Shown here in pieces: positions 8,957 through 17,175 of a stretch of 64,000 nucleotides of DNA. The notes under the pieces are model-generated. The model was not told the origin of the DNA, did not search any database, and saw nothing but the letters and a program-made list of their open reading frames with translations. Both the position numbers and the translations under genes were made by a program. Position 1 is the stretch's first letter. The number at the start of each line of letters is the position of its first letter. This DNA comes from an uncultured delta proteobacterium (GTDB taxonomy: Bacteria > Myxococcota_A > Polyangia > Polyangiales > Polyangiaceae). The stretch lies in contig CAWKKR010000011.1 of the NCBI GenBank assembly GCA_963850305.1, positions 288,001 to 352,000 of the forward strand, written 5' to 3'.

Positions 8957-9901
8957 TCAGTCGGCGGCGACCACGCGATTGCGCCCGTCCCGCTTGGCGG
9001 CATAAAGTCGTCGGTCGGCGACCGCGACGAGCCGCTCCCGATCCACTCGATCGACGCACGCAAACGACGCGCAGCCGATGCTGATGGTCACCGCGAGCGA
9101 CCGCCCGTCGTGAACCGTTCGCAGCTCTTCCAGCGCCTTTCGGAGACGTTCGGCCGCGCGGGCGGCTCCCGACAACGTGATGCCGCGCAACAGGACCACG
9201 AACTCTTCGCCGCCATACCGCGCAAGCAGATCTTCCGTCCGCAGAAGGAACTCGGTCGTCGATGCGACGTTCTTCAGCACGGCGTCGCCCGCCAGGTGCC
9301 CATGAGTGTCATTGACCTTCTTGAAGTGATCGATGTCGAAAATGAGGACGGACCCCTGACTCCGATGGCGCGTCGCATAAGCGAGCTCTGCGTCCAGGCG
9401 TTCCAGAAAGAAGTGACGGTTGTAGGCACGGGTCAGGGCGTCCCGAACGCTGCTCTCGTACAGTTGCCGTAAGATCCTCTCCTGGTTCTCGTCGGTGACC
9501 GAAAAGCGGAAATGGACGCGGGGCCCGAGCTGCACGACCGCACCGTCGACGAGAACCTGGCGTTCGATGCGCTCCCCGTTGACGTACGTCCCGTTGCTGG
9601 AACCGAGATCTTCCACAAAATATTGCCCGCCCTCGTAGACGACGCGGGCATGCATGCGACTGATACCTTCGTCGTCGACCACGACCGTGTTGTCCGAGTG
9701 ACGGCCGAGGCGGATTGCGTCGCCCAGCGACGTGACGTGGCCGGCTTGAATCGAGTCCATGCGCACGAGGACGGCCCGATTGCGCTCGTCACCCTTCCAT
9801 ACCGGAAAGGTTTCGTTGGTGATCGTCTGTTGTTCGGGGCGAGCGCGGCCCGTCGCCGGTGGCGTCATCGAATCGATGGGCGCAGGTCGGTCGCTCTTCA
9901 C
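8957..9901 (-). CDS. FHA-GGDEF diguanylate cyclase (copy B)
   Basis: FHA: LGR...ISRMH...DLGSSNGTYVNG. GGDEF: DALT, DIDHFKKVNDTHGH, RTED I-site, RYGGEEF. Confidence 0.93.
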   Translation of the reverse strand: MKSDRPAPIDSMTPPATGRARPEQQTITNETFPVWKGDERNRAVLVRMDSIQAGHVTSLGDAIRLGRHSDNTVVVDDEGISRMHARVVYEGGQYFVEDLGSSNGTYVNGERIERQVLVDGAVVQLGPRVHFRFSVTDENQERILRQLYESSVRDALTRAYNRHFFLERLDAELAYATRHRSQGSVLIFDIDHFKKVNDTHGHLAGDAVLKNVASTTEFLLRTEDLLARYGGEEFVVLLRGITLSGAARAAERLRKALEELRTVHDGRSLAVTISIGCASFACVDRVDRERLVAVADRRLYAAKRDGRNRVVAAD

Positions 9902-10969
9902 CTACGGTCGAGAATGTATCACGACCGGGACGCGGCGATCGACCGGTCCGTCGAAGGGCGGCGCCTGCATCTCTCCCGGCGAGCACCGGCGCGCACCGGA
10001 AAGCGAGCCGGGTATTTCAGACGACAGATTCTCGACCGCCAGCGACGTCACTCGGCCCTCGAGCGAGGCGAGCTTGCGCAGAGGCTCGTCGGCGACGAGG
10101 ACGTGTACGTGTCTTCCCGGTGGTGGAACGACGATCGTCTGGCCGCTGACGTCGAGGCCCACCCAACCAGCTCCCGCCGGAAGCAGTTCGCCGCCGACGA
10201 GCAATGTGTCCCGGTAGCGGACTGCCGCCGCGGCTTCATCCTGCGTCACGAGACCTCTCGGGAAGCGGACCTCCGCGCGAACGAGTTCGCTCGCGAGCGC
10301 TCTCGCAAATCCTCTCACCTCATCGATCGATCCGCTCGCTGCGACCACTCTCGGGCTCAAACATCCGCGCTGGTCGAAGAGGATCACGTCGTGCGCGACG
10401 CGCCGGGCAAGGTCATCGATATACGGTGACGCCGTGCAACCGACCCCGAGCGCCACCACGCCCAGCCCGGGGCCGTGTGGATGAAACTCCACTCCCGACG
10501 GGAGAGCGCGCTGCACGTCACGAAGCGTCGCGTCGGTTCCGTATGCCCAGAATCGATCCCCGCTGACCGGCGTCAGGGTGTCGACGATCTCGAACGAGCC
10601 TGGCGCCCCCTGGTCGAGCAGGCGGACCATGGTCGTTTCCCGTCGGGAAGGACGCACCCGGACGACCGACGATGCGGCGAGCGCCAGAGCGAGAGCCCTG
10701 TGCGCCCCGACGAACACATTGGCGCTGAGCAAGACGTGAGCACGAGGCGCCTGTTCGACGGATGCGATCAGTGAGGACACCTCCGCTTCGCTCGGGTTCG
10801 ACTCCAGCGCAGCTTCGAGTGCGAGCGCGACGCCCTGAGCTGAAAGGCCAGTGGACGCCGGCAAGACCCGACGCGCTTCGACGCCGAGCGGGTCGGTCGG
10901 ATCGGCGATACGTCGCGCCGCATCGACCAATCGGCGAATGCGCTCTCGGGCTGAGGACCGGGAGCTCAC
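9902..10969 (-). CDS. LuxC-like acyl-CoA/acyl-protein reductase (aldehyde-forming)
   Basis: HVLLSANV, WAYGTDAT, HGPGLG and FDQRGCLSP (LuxC catalytic Cys motif). GTG start overlaps the upstream TGA (GTGA). Confidence 0.8.
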   Translation of the reverse strand: MSSRSSARERIRRLVDAARRIADPTDPLGVEARRVLPASTGLSAQGVALALEAALESNPSEAEVSSLIASVEQAPRAHVLLSANVFVGAHRALALALAASSVVRVRPSRRETTMVRLLDQGAPGSFEIVDTLTPVSGDRFWAYGTDATLRDVQRALPSGVEFHPHGPGLGVVALGVGCTASPYIDDLARRVAHDVILFDQRGCLSPRVVAASGSIDEVRGFARALASELVRAEVRFPRGLVTQDEAAAAVRYRDTLLVGGELLPAGAGWVGLDVSGQTIVVPPPGRHVHVLVADEPLRKLASLEGRVTSLAVENLSSEIPGSLSGARRCSPGEMQAPPFDGPVDRRVPVVIHSRP

Positions 10970-12084
10970 GCGCCGAGCACCATTTCCTCGATCGCGAGCG
11001 AACAGCCCCGCGGGGTTGCGTTGGCGCTTCGGCCGAGGAGCTCGACTCCGTTTCCGTTCGGGCGAATCAGGTCCTGGGTCACGATGGCGACGGCGGAGTC
11101 GATGTTCCCGAGATCGACGAATCGAGCGAGGCCGATCCCATTTTTCGGAACGGGTCGAAGAGTCTCCCGATCGACCGCCGAGACGCGAAGCCACGGCGGT
11201 GGGAGAAAAACCCCACTCGGCCCGCGAACGGCCGCGCCCGGCGCAGTGCCCTCGTAAAGCTGGCTCGTGAGCTCGGTCATGCCGTACTCGCCGACGACAC
11301 GGTCCTCGGAGATCCCGAAGGCGCACGCGACGTCGCGCCGGAGCTCGACGGACGATAGCTCGCGCGTCCGCCCCTTGAACCCCCCGGTGGTCATGACGAG
11401 TGTTCGTGGCGGAGCCGGCAACCGACGGCCGGCGAGAGCGTCCAGCAGCAGCACGAGTGCGAAGCTCGTGGAGAGCACCAGCAGCGGTTCACCGCGGCGC
11501 TGCGCGAGCTCGACGAGTCGTTCGAGCCCGGCGAGATCGATACCGCCTTCCTGCGCGAGCCAGCGGCCTTCCGGTTCCGCATCGAACCCGGCGTCGATGC
11601 CGCGACCGTCGAACTCTTCGAGAAATACGCGCATCATGAATCCGAGCGAGGACGTGGGAGGGGTCCCAGGGGGCGGCGCGAGCGACACGACGACGCGAGG
11701 GCCACTGCCCGGCTCGGCGAGCATCCGCGCTCCCCACGCGAGGGACAGCGCGCGATACGTATCGGTGCGGCGAAGGGGATGACGGCCGCGCGCGCCGCCG
11801 GTCGTACCGCTGGTCGAGAAGCACGCCGTATCGAGCTCCGGAGAGTGCGCTGCGACCCTCGTGAGGCGAAACGCATCGACGGGCACCGCCGGGATGGCGG
11901 CGACGCTGTCGAGCGCCGTGCGGTGCGCTTCGACCAATCGGCGAAAGCCCGGAACGTGCCGGACCTGGAAACGCGCGATATCGAGCGCGAGCGCGTCGAA
12001 CGCCTCGCCATCGCCGGACGAGCCTCGACGGGCAAAGCCCTGCACACGAGCGTGGAGGGCGTCGGATTCCGAAAGTACGTTCAC
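10966..12084 (-). CDS. LuxE-like acyl-protein synthetase (adenylate-forming)
   Basis: FSTSGTTG P-loop, SSLGFM, MTTGGFKGR, EYGMTEL.SQ, TQDL and GR...RGCSL (acyl-accepting Cys). GTG start overlaps the upstream stop. Confidence 0.88.
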   Translation of the reverse strand: MNVLSESDALHARVQGFARRGSSGDGEAFDALALDIARFQVRHVPGFRRLVEAHRTALDSVAAIPAVPVDAFRLTRVAAHSPELDTACFSTSGTTGGARGRHPLRRTDTYRALSLAWGARMLAEPGSGPRVVVSLAPPPGTPPTSSLGFMMRVFLEEFDGRGIDAGFDAEPEGRWLAQEGGIDLAGLERLVELAQRRGEPLLVLSTSFALVLLLDALAGRRLPAPPRTLVMTTGGFKGRTRELSSVELRRDVACAFGISEDRVVGEYGMTELTSQLYEGTAPGAAVRGPSGVFLPPPWLRVSAVDRETLRPVPKNGIGLARFVDLGNIDSAVAIVTQDLIRPNGNGVELLGRSANATPRGCSLAIEEMVLGA

Positions 12085-13412
12085 GAGTGAAGAGTCTGAA
12101 GGGCGTCGACGGCGGCGGCAACGAATCCGTCCAGCAAAGTGTCGGCGACGTTGAGCGCAGGAGTCAGGACCACGATCTCCCGGTTGCCCCCGCCTGTCGA
12201 GACGACATAGCCGACCTCCAGAAGTCGCCGCGCCACGCGTGTCGCGGCGCCAGGCTTCGACCCGAGGTCGATCCCGATCATCAGGCCGGCTCCGCGCACT
12301 TCGACGACTCCCGGCACGTCGCGCAAGGCTTCGCCCAGCCGCTCGAGCCAGAGGGCCCCGCGCTCGGCACTCCTCGCAACCAGGCGTTCGCGCGACAACA
12401 CGTCGAGCGTCGCGATCGCCGCAGCGCACCCCAGCGGCGCTCCCGCGAACGTCGAGGTGTGAACGACCTCGGGCTCGCGACGCCAGGCGCGCATGACGGA
12501 GTCCGAGCCCACGCATGCGCTGATGGGAATGCCGCCACCGAGTCCCTTGCCGAGGCAAACTACGTCAGGTCGGGCGCCTTCGGTCACCGAGCGCAGCATG
12601 GAACCCGCGCGACCGAGCCCGGTCCAGATCTCGTCCGCGACGAGCAGCGCCCCTTGCTCCCGCGCGAGAGCTCCGAGGGCGGCGACGAACCCCGCCGGTG
12701 GAACGACGCATCCGCCGCGTCCGAGAAGCGGCTCGATCACGACTGCGCCCACGGTGCCACTCGCGAGGGTCGCCCGCGCGTCGGCGAGCACTCGCTCGGA
12801 CGCGGCGGCGCTCACGGGAAAATCCAGGAACGTCACGTGCGGGTTCAGCTGGGCGGCGAAGGGTGCTCGATATCCGTCCCGCAACGCCGACGCGGCCAGC
12901 GGAGCGTACGACAGTCCGTGATATCCGCCTCGAAACGCCAGGACTCCAGGTCTCCCGGTGGCGAGCAGCGACGTCTTCAATGCCGCGGTGACCGCATCAG
13001 CGCCCGACTGCCCGAGGATGACGCGGGCTCCCGGCTCTGGAAACAGCCCCGACAGCCGCTCGAGGAGCGCGATCTTCGCGTCCGAGGGATGAACGTCCCC
13101 CAGGGCCTGCAACAGTCGGGCGCTCGCTAGCTCGACGACACGCAGGTGGCTCGGGTGCCCATGACCGAGGAGCAAAGCCCCGAAGCCCGCGGCGAGATCG
13201 ACGTACCGGTTGCCGTCGACATCCTCGACGTTCGAGCCCTTCGCCGTCGCAAACACCACCGTGCCCGCCGGAACCTCGGCCGCCACTCCGCGTTGCGGGC
13301 CGACTCCGCGCGGACCCATCGGCGCCGCCGTGCGCGACGCGCGAGTGAGCCAGGTGCGAGATTGAGGACCCGGTGGAGTACAGACCAGCCGCGGAGGTTC
13401 GTCGCCCGTCAC
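12081..13412 (-). CDS. Class III PLP-dependent aminotransferase (GabT/ArgD-like omega-transaminase)
   Basis: DVDGNRYVDL, SGADA, GGYHG, IEP..GRGG, ADEIWTGLGR, LGKGLGGG, HTSTF and RGAGLMIG. Confidence 0.92.
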   Translation of the reverse strand: MTGDEPPRLVCTPPGPQSRTWLTRASRTAAPMGPRGVGPQRGVAAEVPAGTVVFATAKGSNVEDVDGNRYVDLAAGFGALLLGHGHPSHLRVVELASARLLQALGDVHPSDAKIALLERLSGLFPEPGARVILGQSGADAVTAALKTSLLATGRPGVLAFRGGYHGLSYAPLAASALRDGYRAPFAAQLNPHVTFLDFPVSAAASERVLADARATLASGTVGAVVIEPLLGRGGCVVPPAGFVAALGALAREQGALLVADEIWTGLGRAGSMLRSVTEGARPDVVCLGKGLGGGIPISACVGSDSVMRAWRREPEVVHTSTFAGAPLGCAAAIATLDVLSRERLVARSAERGALWLERLGEALRDVPGVVEVRGAGLMIGIDLGSKPGAATRVARRLLEVGYVVSTGGGNREIVVLTPALNVADTLLDGFVAAAVDALQTLHS

Positions 13413-13413
13413 C

Positions 13414-14316
13414 TCAAGAGCACACCTTGTTGCGGCCACCCCGCTTGGCTTCGTAGAGCTTTTCGTCCGCACGCTGGATAAGGTCGTTCGCCGTGTCGCT
13501 ATCGTGAACGAGCGCGCAGCCGATGCTGATCGTCACGGGGATCTTCTCCCCCTGGAACACGAAGGGATGATCCGCCACTTTCTCGCGAAGATTTTCTGCG
13601 AGGCTGGTCGCGCCTTCCATCTCCGTTTCCGGGAGGACGATGACGAACTCTTCGCCGCCGTATCGAGCAAAGACCTCGTCCCGGCGGATACGGCTCTGGA
13701 CCGCCTCGGCGAGCTCACGGAGGACGTAATCACCCGCAAGGTGTCCATAGTGGTCGTTGATGCGCTTGAAAAAGTCGATGTCGAACATCAACAAGCTGAG
13801 CGGTCGATCGTGCCGGCGGGACCGGATGATCTCGCGGTCCAGTGACTCGAACAGGTAGCGCTTGTTGTGGATCTGAGTGAGACCATCGACGATGGTCATC
13901 CGATAAATTTCTTCGTGGTACTTCGCTTCCGCATCCTCGCCCGAGAGGTACTTGAGGATGGTCGGACCCACCTTCACGCGATCGTTCGAGCGGAGCTGAG
14001 CCTCCCGAACGATCTGCTTTTCGTTCACGTAGGTGCCGTTCGTGGAACCGTCGTCGACCGCGTACCAATGGTTGCCGCGGCGCTCGAAGTGCGCGTGCTG
14101 GCGCGACACGGAGTCGCCCTCGAGAACGATCTGGTTGTCTGCGCCGCGCCCCACGTGGAGCCGCGGGCCCTCGAGCACGAAGCGCTTGCCGAGCAAGTTC
14201 GGCTCCTTCGTGTAGATGACCACGAGGCAGTCGTTCCCCGTCTCCCCAGGCTCGTCGTCGAGCTTTCCCTGGATGACCTGGGTGACCCGTGTTTTTTCGT
14301 CGAAGTCGCTCGCCAC
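13414..14316 (-). CDS. FHA-GGDEF diguanylate cyclase (copy A)
   Basis: FHA: VGR...VSRQH...DDGSTNGTYVN. GGDEF: DGLT, DIDFFKRINDHYGH, RYGGEEF. Start taken as GTG at 14316; the ORF is open to 14337. Confidence 0.93.
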   Translation of the reverse strand: MASDFDEKTRVTQVIQGKLDDEPGETGNDCLVVIYTKEPNLLGKRFVLEGPRLHVGRGADNQIVLEGDSVSRQHAHFERRGNHWYAVDDGSTNGTYVNEKQIVREAQLRSNDRVKVGPTILKYLSGEDAEAKYHEEIYRMTIVDGLTQIHNKRYLFESLDREIIRSRRHDRPLSLLMFDIDFFKRINDHYGHLAGDYVLRELAEAVQSRIRRDEVFARYGGEEFVIVLPETEMEGATSLAENLREKVADHPFVFQGEKIPVTISIGCALVHDSDTANDLIQRADEKLYEAKRGGRNKVCS

Positions 14317-14444
14317 GAAGCAGACCTTAAACTCCAAACTATAGACCGGCCTCCGAGAGGCGGGGGCGTTCTCCGAAGGTTCTGCAGAGGGCAGACTCCT
14401 GGCTCGAAATCGAAGGTGGGAATGCCACCCACAAGCCCGGACGG

Positions 14445-14474
14445 ACCCTAGTTTCTAGCGACGACTCGCGTCAA
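14445..14474 (-). promoter_or_regulatory. Candidate sigma70-type promoter for the five-gene operon
   Basis: Minus strand reads TTGACG-N18-TAGGGT, about 130 nt upstream of the GGDEF-A start. Confidence 0.35.
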
Positions 14475-14565
14475 GGGAGCCGTCAACGGGCCCCTATCAT
14501 TCGAGTAGCATGGTATCGGGCTTCGAAACGCCAGGTCCGGAGGGCCTGATGTGGGGGAACGTGGT

Positions 14566-16440
14566 TCAGGGCGCTGCCTCCTCCAGCGGAACGTCGAGTC
14601 CGACCAGACGCATCAGGCGCAGCGCGTTGCCGCCGGTCACCGGGCCCGGGCGCAACCGGTAATCGAACGTCATCTTGCCGTCGGCGATGTTTTCGCGAAA
14701 ATGGCACTGCTCCACGCGCGTCATGAGCTCGTCGGGGAGCTGGCAGAGCCCGGCATCATGGGTGGACACAGCTCCGATCGCGCCACTCCGGAGCATCTCT
14801 TCGAGCATCCATCGTGCGCCGATCTGCCGCTCGCGGGAGTTCGTCCCGTGAAGGATTTCGTCGAGAAGGAAGAATACAGGCAAGGCGCCCGCGGTCGCGT
14901 CCCGGACACCTTTGAGGCGCGCGACCTCGGCGTAGAAATGGCTGACGCCCAGGGACAGAGAATCACTGATCCGCAGGCTCGTGCGGACCGCGAGCGGAGA
15001 CATGCGGAGCCGGGCGGCACAGACCGGCGCGCCCGCGAGGGCCAGAACTGCGTTGATGCCCATGGCACGGAGCAGAGTGCTCTTTCCGGACATGTTCGAG
15101 CCGGTAACAAGCAACGCGCGGCCCGGTTCCGCGAGGCGAACGTCGTTGACGACGCGCGTCTCCGCCCCGAGGAGCGGGTGTCCGAGTGCGCGGGCGTCGT
15201 AGTGCGCCGGTGAGTCAGTGACGTCGGGCCAGGTGAACCCGGGCTCGTCGAAGGAGAGCCCTGCGAACGCGCTCAGCGCTTCGACCTCGCCGAGCGCGCG
15301 GAACCAGGCCCGCGCCGCGCCGCCCACGTCGCGTTGCCACGCCTCCAGCCGGAGCAGGCAATGCGCGTCCCAGAGCAGGAACGCATTCGCGAACGGGTGG
15401 ACGAGGCCGTTGTATCTGAGGTCGAACCACCCGACGATGCGCTCGAAACGCCGCATGGCAATCGAGGGGGCGAGCGAATTCGACAGCAAGTTCCGTCGGA
15501 TCTCGCCGAGCAGGCCCGACTTCGGATCGAGCCTCTCGATGAGTTCGAACATCGGTCCGTATCGGAGGAACGCGCCTTGCGTGGACGATACGGAGGCGAA
15601 GACGAGATCCGCTTCCTTCCGGACGGCCGCGACGACCAGAAGCTCGCCGAGAAACGGGATCGTCCAGGCCGCCGCGGACCAGCCGAACACGCGCGCCCCG
15701 AACACGAGAGCCAGCGTGACGACCGGAAGGGCATAGACGGCACCGATCAGCGCGGTGCGCCTGGAAAGCCAGGGCTCTCGCTCCGCCCACTCGAGCAGAG
15801 CCGCCGGATCCGGCGGCTCCGCGCGCGTTCCACGCTTCGCCACCTTGCTCTCGCCGGCCAATCCCGGCGGCGGCTCGACCACCGCGATGGACAGTGCTTC
15901 GAGTCGCTGGCGTTCTTCCAGGAGCGGCGCGAGCATCCGGACCGCCTCCTGGCGAGCGCGAATCCGCGACGGTTCGACGGGTTCGGTCAAGAACCGAGCG
16001 AGCGCCTCCTGGCCAAACCGGGTGTGTGCAACGTTGATTCGCTGGTAGAGCGACCCGGCTCCGAACAGGTCGAGATCTACCGAGTACGGGTGCTCGCTGG
16101 AAGCGAACCGCGCCCCGTCGTCGCGGAGAGTCTTCCAGTTCGATGTAACCCGCGCGAGCGCGTCGAGGTTCACGCGAGCCATCCGCGTCGCGTCGTCTTC
16201 TGCTGCGATCACCCGTGCGTGCCACGCGACGAAGCCCAGGAACAGAACGCCGGAGATGACGGCGACGGGCACGCCCTCGGTCTGACCGCCGAGCGTCGCC
16301 AGGACGACGGCGATGACCGCGATCCCGAACGACAACCCGCGCAGATTCGAAACGAGTCGCGAACGCCGTCCCAGCTCGGAAGCTCGCTTTTGAAACCGAT
16401 CGACGCGCTCGGGGTATGGGTTGGACGACACGGCGGGCAT
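14566..16440 (-). CDS. Membrane-anchored MutS-related ATPase (domain V only)
   Basis: N-terminal TM hairpins, HPYSVDLDLFG, Walker A TGSNMSGKSTLLR, SHFYAE, LLDEILHGTN, VSTHD. Start ATG at 16440; the longer ORF upstream is spurious. Confidence 0.88.
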   Translation of the reverse strand: MPAVSSNPYPERVDRFQKRASELGRRSRLVSNLRGLSFGIAVIAVVLATLGGQTEGVPVAVISGVLFLGFVAWHARVIAAEDDATRMARVNLDALARVTSNWKTLRDDGARFASSEHPYSVDLDLFGAGSLYQRINVAHTRFGQEALARFLTEPVEPSRIRARQEAVRMLAPLLEERQRLEALSIAVVEPPPGLAGESKVAKRGTRAEPPDPAALLEWAEREPWLSRRTALIGAVYALPVVTLALVFGARVFGWSAAAWTIPFLGELLVVAAVRKEADLVFASVSSTQGAFLRYGPMFELIERLDPKSGLLGEIRRNLLSNSLAPSIAMRRFERIVGWFDLRYNGLVHPFANAFLLWDAHCLLRLEAWQRDVGGAARAWFRALGEVEALSAFAGLSFDEPGFTWPDVTDSPAHYDARALGHPLLGAETRVVNDVRLAEPGRALLVTGSNMSGKSTLLRAMGINAVLALAGAPVCAARLRMSPLAVRTSLRISDSLSLGVSHFYAEVARLKGVRDATAGALPVFFLLDEILHGTNSRERQIGARWMLEEMLRSGAIGAVSTHDAGLCQLPDELMTRVEQCHFRENIADGKMTFDYRLRPGPVTGGNALRLMRLVGLDVPLEEAAP

Positions 16441-16463
16441 CCTTGCCGCGCCCGCGGCGGACG

Positions 16464-17072
16464 TCACTTCTTCTTCATCGTCACGACCAGGGTCGCCGCG
16501 ACCTGGGGACCATCCGGATAGCCGACGAAGCGCCGGTCCAGCACGTCCGCCAGGCATCTTGCGGTCGATACGCTCACTCCATGCCGCTTTTGCACGCTGA
16601 CACCCTCCGCGCGTCCTCGTCCCAGCACGAGGAACCGGAGTTCCACCTCGCCCCCGTCGGGTGCGACTCCGCCGGCCTTGGCGCACCCCAGGAACCGTTC
16701 CCGCGCCCGGACGAGGTTCTTCCTCGAGTCGGGGAGCGACCCTTCGTCGGCGGTCACCTTGCCGACTTCGACGGTGAACCTCGGCGCGTCCGCGGCTGGC
16801 TGCGTCGCGTCGGACGCCGGTGCGGGGGCTTCCTTCTGCGGTTCCGCGGGCACGACCGCCATCAGCTTCGGCGGCTCGGCGCTCGGGTGAGAAGGCGGCG
16901 CTTCGCGAAGTCTGGCCGCCTCCTCCTCCGTGAGACAGCGGACGAGCGCGCCGTGGCCGTCGGACAGGCGGCCCCAGGCGCAAGTCGCATCGATCGGTGC
17001 CTGCGCGCGGGACGTCGCGGAGATTCCGAGGATCGCTGCGGTGAGAGACAGAGATAACCGTCGCTGTTCCAT
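16464..17072 (-). CDS. Secreted protein with AgmX/PglI-like C-terminal domain
   Basis: Signal peptide, Pro/Ala linker, then FLGC...GEVELRFLV..RGRAEGV...ARCL. Confidence 0.6.
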   Translation of the reverse strand: MEQRRLSLSLTAAILGISATSRAQAPIDATCAWGRLSDGHGALVRCLTEEEAARLREAPPSHPSAEPPKLMAVVPAEPQKEAPAPASDATQPAADAPRFTVEVGKVTADEGSLPDSRKNLVRARERFLGCAKAGGVAPDGGEVELRFLVLGRGRAEGVSVQKRHGVSVSTARCLADVLDRRFVGYPDGPQVAATLVVTMKKK

Positions 17073-17175
17073 GACACTCCTTGAACGCCGCGAGGTCAGC
17101 GTTCGTTCGGCGAAACAAAGCGAGCCATGATTTTGTCCTCCGACGCAAGAAATCGGCTACGAACGCGGCCTGCTG

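Noticed and set aside
9902..12084. Bioluminescence (lux) operon
   Set aside because: Only LuxC- and LuxE-like genes are present; no luxA, luxB, luxD or luxG occurs in the window.
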